NCBI GenBank assembly: GCA_013239625.1
Contig: MU056000.1
Coordinates: 12,661,175 to 12,725,174, forward strand
DNA length: 64,000 nucleotides
Direction of reading: 5' to 3'
DNA from: Lama guanicoe
Lineage: Eukaryota
Each line of letters starts with the position of its first letter. The stretch's first letter is position 1. The notes beneath the pieces were generated by a model that made no database searches, was not told where the DNA came from, and saw nothing but the letters and a program-made list of their open reading frames with translations. A program made the translations under genes and the position numbers. Shown here piece by piece: positions 37,886 to 50,300 of this stretch.

Positions 37886-40689
37886 GGGAAAATCCTAAGC
37901 CTGAATGTCAGGATATGCGGAGGCCAGTTTTGCTCTGTAACTATGCTATAGGTTGATGTTGTGGATGAAGATGGCAGGGTAACTGCTTTTGCTTAGAGTA
38001 ATTGTGGAGGTCACAACAAAAGATAGAAACTCTGAGAAGGAGCCCACACATTTTGCCACAAGGAGCAAAGAAGGCTATTTTCTTGGTAGAGATAGGAAAG
38101 TATACAGATGAACTTATGATGTTAGGAAAGGGAAGGTCATTTTAGTTGAAGCATAGATTTTGTGAAAAGATGTGGATTATGGGAGATGAGATCAAAATGG
38201 CAATTTGGGCTCAACTGTGAAGGTTATATATGGTGCATCAAATTTGGAATTCAACCTCAAGTCAACAGGGGCGAGATGGAGGTCTGAAAAGTGGGTATGT
38301 GATCGCAACAGATTTGTTTTTTGGTGAGATGTGAATTCTGGCAGCAGTGTGGCAGAGAAAGCAGTGTCTATGGCACTGGGTCTTCAGCCAGAATCTGCAG
38401 TTGACAACTGCCATTCAATATATGTTTCCTGGTAAAACACAGTGGCATAGCAGCTAATTAAATTAGCACCTGTAATCACCTGGAAGGACACACCCACTGA
38501 CTATCAGATTTTAGAAGAGGTCACAGAAGGGCAAAGCATACTATTTGAGTATATTGTATATAGTTTGAAACATTGCATTTAATACATAATTTTATAATTC
38601 AAAACAAAAAAGTACCTATATTTGTATGCAAAAGAAAAAGAATATGAGATTTCAATGCTCATAAAAAGGGAGATGTGCCTTTAAAAGTCTGGGAAAGCAA
38701 TTTTAGGTGAAGAGACTTCTTTCAGATCACTTACAGAGCCTTCAGGCTGTAAGCAGAAGTAGGGTCTCTGTTTCTCAGTCAACTTCCTCAATTCCACCAG
38801 GCTGGTTCCAAGGGCTGTTTATCAAGATAATTTGAATTTTGGGTCACATCCTCTGACTCTGCTGCCTTAATAAGCCATCAACCTCTATACCACTTCTCCT
38901 TTCTTCTGTCAACCCTCCTTTTTTGGCTCTCTAGTTCTTAAAATATGTGGATCACATACACTTCCGGTTGAAAAGAATGTTTTTTCCTCCTTGAAGAGTG
39001 ACGTCATTATTCATTTTTTTTAATGATTCATAACTTCCTTCAGCTAAGTATGCCCCTAAAAATTGCTCAACAGATCAGTTAGCTGAGCCAGTTTTTATCC
39101 CAATAAAAGTGGGTTTAAATGATTCCTGCCATGTGGGAGACTGCATTGGTCCTAGAACACAGAACAGCTGTCTTAGCTGTGAGCTGGAGGTGACATTGAT
39201 GGGCCAATTGATGGCCAATAGATGGTGACTTCATGATCTCCAAGTCCTTCATCATAACAACTACCAGCCAAACTGTCTTTAAGTTCCTCTGTCTACTTGC
39301 TTATAAAATGAATCAGTTCAGGTTAATAGTGAGGGGTGCTCCTCCAGGTTACAACTAGGACTTGAAATGTCTCTCATCTAAAGATTAGGAGACCCAATTT
39401 AAGTCTGATTATCAGAGAGGAGGAAAGACTCTAACTCATCAGTGGGCTCCTATCAAAAGAGCTGCTTTCTCTTTGGGAGCTTTTTAATTTTTAGTTATAC
39501 CTTCCAGTGAAAGTTTGTCCTGTCTGAACGTCTACATCACTGCCAAGCAAATGAGATTTGGATACAGCTCCAAGCCTTTAGTTTCTATTTTTACAACAAA
39601 ATCTGCCCATAGCTGCCTGTTTACATTACTTTCATCCTATCTGGGCTTGACAAATGCTGTTTATTAGGATTTAAAAAAGAGAGTGACAGAGATAAGGGGT
39701 AGGGATAGGAAGAAGGAAGTATGTCTACAAATTCTATATCTCTGAAGAATTTCTGAAGATGTAGGTTTTAAAGACCAGAAAGGTTCTTAGAACTCCAGAC
39801 CTGTGTTCTCAAGTGGATTTCTTTTCACATTCTTTTAAAAGTCTACTTTTTTCTAAGTAATGCTCAGTTTTCATTAAAATGTAAATCAATAGATTTCTAT
39901 ATGCAGGGGATTATTTCATGTGACTTTTGTTAACTTCAGATTTCATAAGAACTTTAAAGAGTTCAGTTTTATGATCATGACCGAATTTTAGTTTTTTATT
40001 AAGAAGTCAGAGCTACGAATTCTGGGGGAATTTGTGATTTGGGGGATATAAAAAGTTAATTTTTATATAGTCATAATAACTATGTGCTTTTTTTTTTGGT
40101 GTGCCATAATCCTTTAGAGGACAAGTAAATGTTAAATGACAGCAATAGAAAAATAATTTGTTAGGTGGCAATTTTTACTGTAAAAGAGAATACATTCTCC
40201 ATGCCATGGACAATTCAGTTGTTATTGTGCTGAGGGTTCGGGATATTAAACTAGTAAGTTAGCAAGTAATGAGTCAATAATTTTTGTTATTTTTGTTTCT
40301 GATTAGTTTATTTTCTTACATTAGTCAAGGTAAAATGCATATGTGCATGTGTGTGTATATGTGTGCTCACACACATATACACACACATAGCTGCCTGTAC
40401 CAGTAAGTTCCAAGCAAATAAACCATATATATGCGGTAAACTGTATTGACTGGTGCACAGAAGATAGTGCCAAAATCCAGTTTCTAGCAACCAGTAGCTA
40501 GGAAACAGGGAACAGCTATTCTTGTCCTCAAACTTATGTAATCACAGTCTCTTTCCTGGTCACCCAGATGTGAATTTCCAATCTTTTCTTTGACATTTCA
40601 TACTAATGTCATGTCACAACCTCAGACTTTCATATAATTGAGAAATAACTTATGTTTATTTCTTGTTCATATATTATTATGAATCATCA

Positions 40690-41215
40690 TGTGATGGCTT
40701 CTTCAAAGATGGCCACCAATGATTTCCTCACCCTTGGTACGCATTTATCACTCCTCACATCAAGAGGTCTAGCCTACTTGCCCTCTCTGAATCTGTGCTC
40801 CTTTTGACTGGCTTTGACTATCAGAATGCAGCAGAAGTGAAATTCTACCTCAGGATGCAAGAGGTCCATAACTTTTTCTTCCTGCTTCTTGGAATCCAGC
40901 TACCTTCTAGTGAGAAACTCATACCACATAGAGAGTCAACATGGAGAAGAATCCTTCGACTGACAGTTCCAGTGACCTCCTGGGAAACAACCAGGCAATT
41001 TTCCAGCATATGAAGGAACCAGACCAGTCAAAACCAGTCGAGACCAGTCGAGACCACTCGAGACCAGTCAAGATCTCAGGCAATTGCACCTCCATTAGTG
41101 ATCATGAGAAGGATCTCGTCCCAATGATGAGATCTCTCAGAATCATGAGAAAATAGAATGGTTGATATTATGTACCAAAAAGCTTTTGAGACCATTTTTT
41201 GAGCAATGAGCACTG
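40690..41215 (+). mobile_element. MaLR LTR, MLT1G/H-like
   Basis: tgtgatggcttcttcaaagatggccacca...tgactggctttgactatcagaatgcagcagaagtga...cagaatcatgagaaaatagaatggttg. Confidence 0.75.
41021..41073. repeat. 10-bp tandem repeat (AGACCAGTCR) x5
   Basis: agaccagtca aaaccagtcg agaccagtcg agaccactcg agaccagtca aga. Confidence 0.92.
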
Positions 41216-41229
41216 CTCTAAGTCATACA

Positions 41230-41400
41230 CCTGATTTGTGACATTGGTTCAGCTTTTTAACTGCCTTCATCTCTCCTTTCATGGTTTGTAAAATGGGAGG
41301 GAGACACCTTACTGAATTAATATGGTTGTTGTGATTCAATAAGACAATGATGGAGAGTTCCTTGTGCAGTGCCTGGCATAGTGTAGGCAATCAATTTAAG
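41230..41400 (+). mobile_element. MIR SINE
   Basis: tgtgacattgg...tgtaaaatggga...ggttgttgtgattcaataaga...gcagtgcctggcatagtgtaggcaatcaat. Confidence 0.72.
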
Positions 41401-41939
41401 CTTATTTGAGTGAACAGTAATCTTTGCTAAGTTATAAAGAAATGTCCAATTGGAAAGAAAATAAAATAATGAAATTTTTTTAATCAGAAAGTGCAAATTT
41501 ATGTGACAGAATACATCTCAATTCTGCACCTTATTGCCTTGAAAGTAGGCTTACATTTTGCCATTGCATTTTGAGTTTCTTCAGCCAGCTCCCTTTTCAT
41601 CTTTGCATTCATCTCAACATATTTTCTTCTATGAATTCCCACTCCAGTTTTATGTAACACATCTATTCTTGTATCTTAGTGAGAACACTGAGAAGATATT
41701 CTCTTACTAATTCTTCAGCTTGCAATAATTTTTTCAGATGTATTCTCCTTTTCCATTAGGTGCAGGATTTTTCGCAGACCTCAAACATTATTGTTCATTT
41801 ATTAATTCAACAAACATTTAGTATGCACCCAAGGTATGCTGGTCACTAATTACATTTAATTTCCTGCTGCACACACCTAATCTCTCACTAGCCATCCATT
41901 CTATTTTTCAGAGCAAGGTAAATTATACTAAGAATATAA

Positions 41940-42037
41940 TTTGTAACAAACTGTAGCCCATGAGTCACATCTCGCCCACTATCTGTTTTTGTCAATAAAG
42001 TTTTATTGGAACAGAGGCACATTTATTTGTTACATAT
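41940..42037. mobile_element. MER58 fragment
   Basis: caaactgtagcccatgagtcacatctcgcccactatctgtttttgtcaataaagttttattggaacag. Confidence 0.75.
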
Positions 42038-42489
42038 AACTTTGAGTGTAATTTGAATGTAAGATGACAGTGAGCCTCCATCCTCCAAATTGGAAACAAA
42101 TAGGTGAACAAAGTGGTGCAAAAAGAATGAACCTTGCAAAGTATTCCACCTTGATCCTTTTCTCCATTGTCCATCATGCACCATTCTCCTTTGGTGACTG
42201 CAATAAACCTTTATGATATTCTATTTCAAGTATCCTGTATTTTCTTTCAATATTTTATGGCCATAGTAAATTTATTTTTTTCAACTTTTTTTTATTAGCT
42301 CTCATAAACTTGTTCTCATTGTTCAACTGATGTGTTCTATTTACAAAATTATTTGGCTATCTTATATTGGATGAAATATATCATACTTCTTCTCATTAAG
42401 ATAAATGGAACATTTTTTATTTGGTGTTTTTTTACTTGGTGGCAGAGATTTCAGAAATAAATCAAGGTGGGCTATTGAGAGATATGAAT

Positions 42490-42722
42490 ATTGCATTGGT
42501 GTTAAACACATAGACTCTGGAGTCAGATTTCTAAATTTGAATCCCAGACTTTCTACTCAGAAATTGTCCCCTTTTCTGAATTGAGTTAGTTATCCTTTCT
42601 CTGCTTCAGTTGTTTCATCTGTAAAAAAATGGAAAATATCTCATAGAATTGTGACAAATGAGATCATACACATAAATTGTTGGCAATGTTTGATACACAG
42701 TAATCATTGGACAAATATTAGT
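42490..42722 (+). mobile_element. MIR SINE
   Basis: agactctggagtcaga...ttgaatcccag...cttcagttgtttcatctgtaaaa...ctcatagaattgtgac...tgatacacagtaa. Confidence 0.82.
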
Positions 42723-43751
42723 TTAAAACAACTCATTTAGGTGAAAATGTACCATTAGTAAAGAGAACATGATTAAATTTATAACCTAGAATAAAATATA
42801 TTTTTTAGTATTTAGAAATCCTATGAAGACTTGAATGTTGCTGTTCCCATGGTGTCTACTTTCTCTCACTGGAGGCTTGCAATGAGTTCATAGCCCTGAT
42901 GACATTTTTTTTGGTTGTAGAATGTGTACATTTACACTCAAAATTGTAGAAACTAACCAGGCTGGTACTGGAAGAAATCTTAGACAGACTATTTAGATTA
43001 CTATTTAGTTCTCATTTTAAAGATCAGTAAATGGAGACTCAAGGTTCAATGACTGACCTAAACTCACAAAGGTATTTGGTATCAGAACTTGGATGAAACG
43101 TATGTCTTTCATATGCCTAAGTCTAATTCTAAATGTTACTTATCATGACAAGAGGGAAATCAGTGAAGAATATGGCACTTTCAAAATTTTAGACTAAAGA
43201 AATGAACCTAAGCTTTCACTAGAGACAAATGTCTCTGTGATATTTTAAATGACATTTATTTATTTATTTTCATTTTTGGGGATCTAATGGCTAATCTATC
43301 TCTTTTGAAGGGAAGAAGTGGCCAGCTCCTTATTGTTTTCCTATAATCTTTTTTTTTCTCTTTCATCTCCTTCCTTTTTTCTCTGTTGCTTGCTTTGTAA
43401 GGCATGTCATTAATAGTTGATATGGGTTCTAGATTTAAGAGAGAATCATCACGGGCAGGTCAAGGAACTGAAAATCTCAGTGTTTAGGGAGCCAATTTTT
43501 AATCAAGCGGGAAAAGTCAAAACACATTTGAACTTAAAGATGTCTAAATTTTTTGTCTCATTGATTTGATTTTGAGAAATTTGATGAGCTGAAAATGGAA
43601 TATGAATGGTTCATTGGATTTGGGTAGAACTATATTTGTTGTCTGAGATGACTTCTCTTTCACTTAAATTGTTTTCCACTCTAGAAAATTTATACAGGAA
43701 AGAAAGCAGTTGACTATGTAGGATCATTGGAACTAGCCTGCAAATTAACAC

Positions 43752-44180
43752 CTGTATCTCTCAGCATGGTTGTTGCAAATAATAACTCCCACTCTAGCTG
43801 GTTAAAGCAGGAGGGGATTTATTGGAGGGTACAGGGCTGCTTAGGTAATTTCCAGGAGTGCCAGATAAACAAGCTTGTATGCTACACCAGGACATGGGAC
43901 TCTTCAGGTGGAAATCCACTGCAGAGGCTGTGACTGCTTCTTGACACTCGTGAAAGTAAGGACTGAACCTTAAAAATCCTCTGTTGTTACTGCCACAGAT
44001 GAGCACAGGTAACCCTGAGGCTCACACTGTGGACCCCCTTCTTCTGGCTGTATCTGCCAGTATATGTTGGTTCCTATGCAGAATCCTCACTTCAGGGGAG
44101 ACTGAAATCCTCCAGGCTCTGATTTATATAGGGAGGCATGCTGTAAAGAGATTGAGATGGGATTGACCCCAGCATTGTTG
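43752..44180 (-). mobile_element. MaLR LTR, MLT1K/L-like
   Basis: gttgcaaataataactcccactctagctggttaaagcaggaggggatttattggagggtac is an antisense MLT1 3' end. Confidence 0.65.
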
Positions 44181-44467
44181 AGGTTGCTTAAAAGTTGGAC
44201 AATAACTCACATATTTTGTCTGGAAAGGAGAATGGACCCTAAGCATCCCCTATATCCTTCTCTGTGACTATGTTATCATGGACAGGTTTATTAGAACATA
44301 CATTATTTTGGAAGGGGGAAGTGATGGAGAAACTAAGAAAATACACTTTGTATAAAATATACTTTGAATGGGAATAGGAGAAAAATCTACATTGAATTAT
44401 ATAACTTGGTTCATATTCAACCAATTCTACTTTAATTCTAGAATGACTCTTATGCGAGGTTAGAATA

Positions 44468-45514
44468 CACGCAGTCCTTAGTTTGCATATCTCCAATATG
44501 CACAACTTTCAGTTGCCACAATCTTGTTGAATAATACAACGTGGTTCAAATTTCAATTATTATGGTGTGTTAACTGCGTGTCATTGCGTAAAGTATAAAC
44601 TTCACCCCTAACTCTTCGGTCTGCAAATCACTAGTAAATAACAGATTTGTGCCCTGATCAATGACCAATCATATCAGCTGTAAAGTCTGTTGGTGATTGA
44701 CTGCTGGGCACCAATTATTTGTTTCACATACCAAGAGCAGAGCGTGCAGTTGTGTTGCCTCCTTCTGTGACAAACCTACGTGACATTTCACAAAAGCAGA
44801 CAGCGGGAAGAGGAAACTGGCCAACAAATATGAAAGCCCAGGGGAGAAACGAAAAGCGATGACACTGAGAATGAAATTCACATTGAAAGTAGATGGAGCT
44901 ATAGAAGGACCAGCTGACCGTGGAAACGCTGACACGCCCACCATTTGAGAGACTCTAGATGAGCAGCCCGAGGAATGTGGTGATGAAGAACTTACTGACA
45001 GGGATGAGGAAAGTAGCCTGATGTAAAGGAAGGAGATGTCTCAAAGGAAGTGATGCGGGCAAAAAACTTCACATTAGAGGAATTTTTGGAGATATCTCAT
45101 GACATGAAAGTGTAAAGGAAGAAATGTTGAAAGCTAATCTAAATTTAGAAAAGAGTATGACAATTCACCAAGGCACAGAAGAGATGATTACTCCATACTG
45201 TGAACCATATGATGAGGAAAAGGCAGTGGAGGTTCAAACCACCCTTGGGAAAGTTTTGTTCTTATTGTAAAGAAATAAAACATTTTACTTTTCATGTTTC
45301 TAATGTTTCCAATTATTGTGCATTGAATAAATATGAGTTTTACTCTTTTCCATTTTCATATACATTTATAACCCACAGAACATTTTAAATATTTTGACAC
45401 AAATTTTTAAAGGTTATGGAAAATTACCACTGATTGATGAGATCTCATTGTGGGGTTTCAGCTTGCATAGTTATCTATATGATCCATACTACCATGCAGA
45501 AAGAGGACTGTCTA
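44468..45514 (-). mobile_element. Tigger6a-like TcMar DNA transposon (~1.05 kb)
   Basis: Terminal inverted repeats cacgcagtccttagtttgca / tgcagaaagaggactgtcta with TA at 44466-44467; subterminal ggtttcagcttgcatagtta and aactttcagttgccac match my recollection of Tigger6. Confidence 0.85.
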
Positions 45515-45922
45515 CTTAAAATGAGGGCATGCGAACATTTCAGGCTCCCATCTAGAAAGACAGCACTTCCTGGCTAAGAGGTGTATTGCAGTTTAAGACT
45601 CAGTCTTGAAGATCATGGAGTCACTGCTTGTCCAAAGAGCCGTGAAATACAAATTGGAAAAAAGAAAACTGTGCTCATTATGATGGTGTCAATGGAGATG
45701 GCATCCCTCGAGATAGAGCGCTGTTGTGCAGGGCACAGCACGGTGACGTATGGGTGGTCTGGGCTAGCTTCAGGGAATCTCAATCCAGGTTACAAAGGTA
45801 ACAACACAGGTAGCTGGATCACAGGAGCTGAGAAGAGGAATAATCTATCACTATCAACAGAGCAGAAATGGAAAGCTGCAAGGTGGACATGGCTGTTCAC
45901 CAGTGTCATGAAGGTTAAACAT

Positions 45923-46152
45923 CAGGGCTGGAATTAGGGGGAGGCAAAGAGGGACAAGTCATGAGCATGCAGGGGCAGATCCAGTCTTCATTTACATTTT
46001 TGATGTTTTATTCATCACAAATTTTTTTGCATTAATTTTGATTTTTAAAAATATTGCCACTAAATGTCATTTGGTTTGATTACTGAGTTTTTTGGGGAAC
46101 TTCCTCTACATTTTGTGAGAGCCTCACTAACTTCATTGTATTCCTCACCATA
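45923..46152. mobile_element. MER96B-like hAT-Tip100 element
   Basis: cagggctggaattagggggaggc...ttttttgcattaattttgatttttaaaaatattgc...ttgattactgagtttttt. Confidence 0.78.
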
Positions 46153-46451
46153 GAATTTGTGAGGCAACTTTATACCTGCAAATGCTGATTTTCCATAAAA
46201 AGCAAAGAAAGTAGCATGGCCAGGATTTCAGGGACTGGAGAGAGAGAATTCCATTATTTTTCCTGATAGGCTTTGTTGCTATGAATTTAAAACACAGGCA
46301 GTGTTCATAGTTCAGTTTTTGCTACAAGTGACAGGAAACAGTAATAGTCCTTGAATATCTGTCAGAACTTGAATATTTGACTATAATTTTATGACAAGCT
46401 AAATGAGAATTTTGTTATATTTAGAAATTCAGGTACATCTTGACACCCAGG

Positions 46452-46637
46452 TAGAGTTGCTGGACTTAACAAATGAAAAGATGGGTTAACCATTTAAGCT
46501 TAAATTGCGATGAATAACAGATATTTTCTTAGTATAAGCATATTATACAAACTATTTATAATAGACTTACCCTAAAAATTCATTATTTATCTAAAATTCA
46601 AAATTAACTGTGTCCTGTATTTTATCTGATAACCCTA
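46452..46637. mobile_element. MER53 palindromic MITE
   Basis: tagagttgctggacttaacaaat...ttagtataag...aaattcaaaattaactgtgtcctgtattttatctgataacccta. Confidence 0.82.
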
Positions 46638-47298
46638 TACCCCATAGGATTGTAATGGTTTAAGGAAAGTTAATTTCCATCTTTTGTCTTAGTTGTTATT
46701 CTGCAACGTTCAGGCCTCAACACATTAATGAAGATCACATATTAATGCGTTGAATGTGAAGTGATTCTGCGAACAGTAGATTCTTTAATATGCAAAGTCT
46801 TATGTCCTTAATAAAATAGCTTCTTTCAATTAAATATGCTTCTCTTTTACTGTCCTTTAAATACTGTGATCTCTTTCCTCCTTTGGACTTCTAGTATGTC
46901 AAAATTAGGCTAGCAGGGGTCAGCCTTTGTCTTTTCATCTCATTCCTTTGACAGGTAAGAACAGAAAAGGAAGCCATGTGAGGCCAAAATATGAAACTGG
47001 GCATCCAGGTGGCAACTTAGTGTTGCTTGTTCACTAGTGCTTGGTGTGTTGAAGCACTTGCTTTCAAGCAACTTTCCTTTTCTAGATCACAGAATGACAC
47101 TAACCCCACTGTGTTTTGAAGTTATGGCAGGTTTTCAATCTTTCTATCACCCATCTCTAAATCTAGCTAGCTGACAATCAATCGTATTTCATATTTGTAG
47201 TATGATTAATTGGATGGCTAATAGCTAATTCAGCATTCAAATAGTGACAGGGTTAGGAAAATTGTCTTGTGTTAATCAACCATAGTGATTTACACTTT

Positions 47299-47342
47299 CT
47301 GGCCAACAAATATGAAAGCCCAGGGGAGAAACAAAAAGCGAT
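47299..47342 (+). repeat. 44-bp dispersed copy of 44817-44860 (Tigger6a internal sequence)
   Basis: ctggccaacaaatatgaaagcccaggggagaaac[g/a]aaaagcgat, 43/44 identical. Confidence 0.95.
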
Positions 47343-50300
47343 CAGGGAAATCTTATTCTGCTATATTTTTCACTCTTTATTGTACTTTTGAAATAGGTTA
47401 TTTCTTTTGCTTTCAAATTTCCCAAATGCTATCTTAATGCCGAAGCCAATACAAGGCATGGTGATAATCTGGGGAAGCCTGTCTTGGTGCCATCTTTCCT
47501 CTGATTGGTCTTCTTGCCCCAAATTGCCAGGCATCTTTCCTGCCTGATAGGAAACTCATGCCATTTCAAGTCTACCTAGGCTGGTTCTTGCTATTTAAAT
47601 ACAGAACTCTGGAAATAGCCAACCCTTTGTCTTGCTCATTTTTTTTCTGATATTTTAATCATGGAGAGAAAAAAACACTCTTTCTGCTTATTTTGCAACC
47701 TGTTTTTCATATTCTTAGAGCCAGTGGAGTCACTGGTTAAATCTACTGGACTGAGAGCTTGTCTAGTAGGGACAGAAGTAAATGCAGGATGTTTAACGAC
47801 CCCTGGACCTGTCAAGAGCCCTGACAACATGCCAGGCATGTTGTCATGCTGAGTGCTAAGGATGCTAAGAATATAATCCTGAATCTTTTGGTTTTAAAGA
47901 GTTTGTATCATGGTAGGAGAAATAAACATAATCAAATAATTTGACTCTAATGTTGTTATTTAATGCTAGTGTTTTGCACAGAGAATTATGTGAGCTGAAG
48001 TAGGGGTTCAAGGTCATTTTTTCAAGCAAGATAGGAAAGAAGTTAGTTACAGGTTCACACAATACCATTAAGTGATCTTTGTCTCATATCTGAATGTCAA
48101 CAGTAAGGCTCAACACCATGCACTGTGAACATGGACCGAAATCAAATTGCTTTGGCTGCTACATACCAAGAGGATAGGGGGAATTTAACTTCTTTTTCTT
48201 CCAACTGTGAGGAACTGAAGAGCCTTTCGTTCCCAACCACGGCCCTGCTCAATAGTCAGGGATGAGAAATAGAGCTCCAACTAAGAAGAGGCTAGTTGTG
48301 AGAGCGATTAGCTCTGGCAGGAGGCACTCAAGTTTGGCAGGTTTCCCAGCAGTCATGCAGTTCGGGAGCCAAGCAGAAACGTCCCACCAAGCTAAACACT
48401 AAGGACCTGTCACCATTCAACTGTCTGCCAGCAGTAAAAGTCAATGAACTTTTGAGGAGGTTGTTCCAGATTCTTGAACATCCTTAGAACAAGAAATATC
48501 AAATGTAGATAGTTGTTCTCTCTTTGAAAGCATCATTTTTTTTTCCTTAGCAGAAACCTGGGCAATTTTTAAAAACATTTTTTTCAAAAAGCAGAGGGAA
48601 AACTAAGACAGAGGGAATATATGATAGCTTAAGCCTAATGATCGTAAAATATTTGATGGCATTTTAAAAACTGAAACCTTATTTAAAGAAAAGGGTGAGC
48701 CCTGGGATGAGGGCTGTCTTCACAGTCCTCACAGAGGTAATTTCGCTCCTCTCTGAACCTGGCTTTGCAGTCCTGGCCGTGGCAGTGAATTTTATCAGTA
48801 ATAAATCAGGCGCCACTGTGGTTGCCGACTTTTCTGAAGTCGGTGTCCATAGGAGTGTGAGAGACTATTCTTTCTGAATCCAGTCAATTCAATTCAAAAA
48901 AACATTTGTTGATTATTTCTGTATACTATTTACAGTAATTGGGGTAATGGATTTCAAGGGGAAGGGGAATCATTCTGAGACCTTTAATTCATACTTTTTG
49001 GGTTAAATCTAGGACAACACCTGGAGAATCCATAACTTGTGTTGGGTGAGGGATTTATTCTGAATCCTTGAAAATGACTATGCTGAGTGATTTTTCTTGA
49101 AATACTTTGGCATAGTCAGTGGGAGGCACACACAGAAGCACACACAATATATTCTGTCTCTTGGGTCAGTCCGTTGACATTTGTAGTGCTCTAACCAGAA
49201 ATACATACTCCAGAAGTTGACGTTTAGCATTTAAAAAAGTAATCAAAGCCCAGTAGGTCTCCAGAGGTGGCTGGTAAAAGTGTGCCAGCTAACGTCCTTT
49301 CTGATCAGTCCTAGAAAGTTTAAAAAATATTGCATAGTGGGTGTTGGTGAAACAATTCAATTCATGTTGGGGAAACAATTCATGTGACAGGAAACTTCAT
49401 TTAGTTTGCAGAACTGGTACATGACTCTATGTATGAATGGATATGGAACCAATTTTGCCTTCTTGTATGCATGGCTAAATTTTATCAGAGGCTTCTTTTA
49501 CTGTAAGCTACCCTATGGTCATAACATTTCAGGAGAGACATCCAGTAGCCCGCATGAATGAAGTGAACTCTGTGTTAGTGACCAGCAATAGCTAAAAAAA
49601 TAAATCTGATACTCATGAATGGCTTTTGGATAGCTCCCAACAGTGTGTTTGCTGTGTCAACAAATGCTTAATAGTGTTTTCTCCTTCAGTAGCACTGGAG
49701 GGAGAAGGGCTTTGCTAATTAGAAGGCAGACTGGAGAATATGATGTGGTATAGCTCTAATTATTTTTTCTTTACCTTTAGATGGGATTTCTAACAGGTAT
49801 TTGGTGTTTGAAGAATTTTCAAAAGAATTTTCCTTTTTATGCTTCATTTACTATAGCACCTTTTCTCTGGGAGCAATGTCAGAGAAGAGTATTTTGCAAG
49901 AAAATTCTGTTGCTATGATTAAAAGAAACCTTCACAACATATAAAAGCAGTTTTATGTGGAAGAAGGCTGGTGCTGAAAGTGAGGTCAGGCAAAGGCTGG
50001 GAAATAGATTTCCCCAAACCTATGTAAAGGACATGTTAAAAAATCTTATCCGCAAACTTCTCTGGATTTAAATACACATAGTAGACATTTATTTGGTGAC
50101 AAAGTAAAATGATATTCTGCAGACTTTACATGAAAATCAGAACATTTTGCTTATAGTCCAACTATATAGTGTCTTTAAATAGTAATAAAGACACCTAAAA
50201 GAGGACAGAAGAAAATTGCTGGGTTAAAATATATTTCTTTTTTTTTTTTCCAGAACTCTTGCTCTTTTGCTTATATGTTGAGTGGGAGGACTGAGTTTCC

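Noticed and set aside
41021..41073. Possible CRISPR-like array (also the repeats at 15075-15219 and 29696-29766)
   Set aside because: Eukaryotic DNA; tandem units without unique spacers, or only two copies; no cas genes
46995..47016. CTCF-like motifs (also ~49258-49275)
   Set aside because: Only the AGGTGGC half matches and the 5' half has several mismatches
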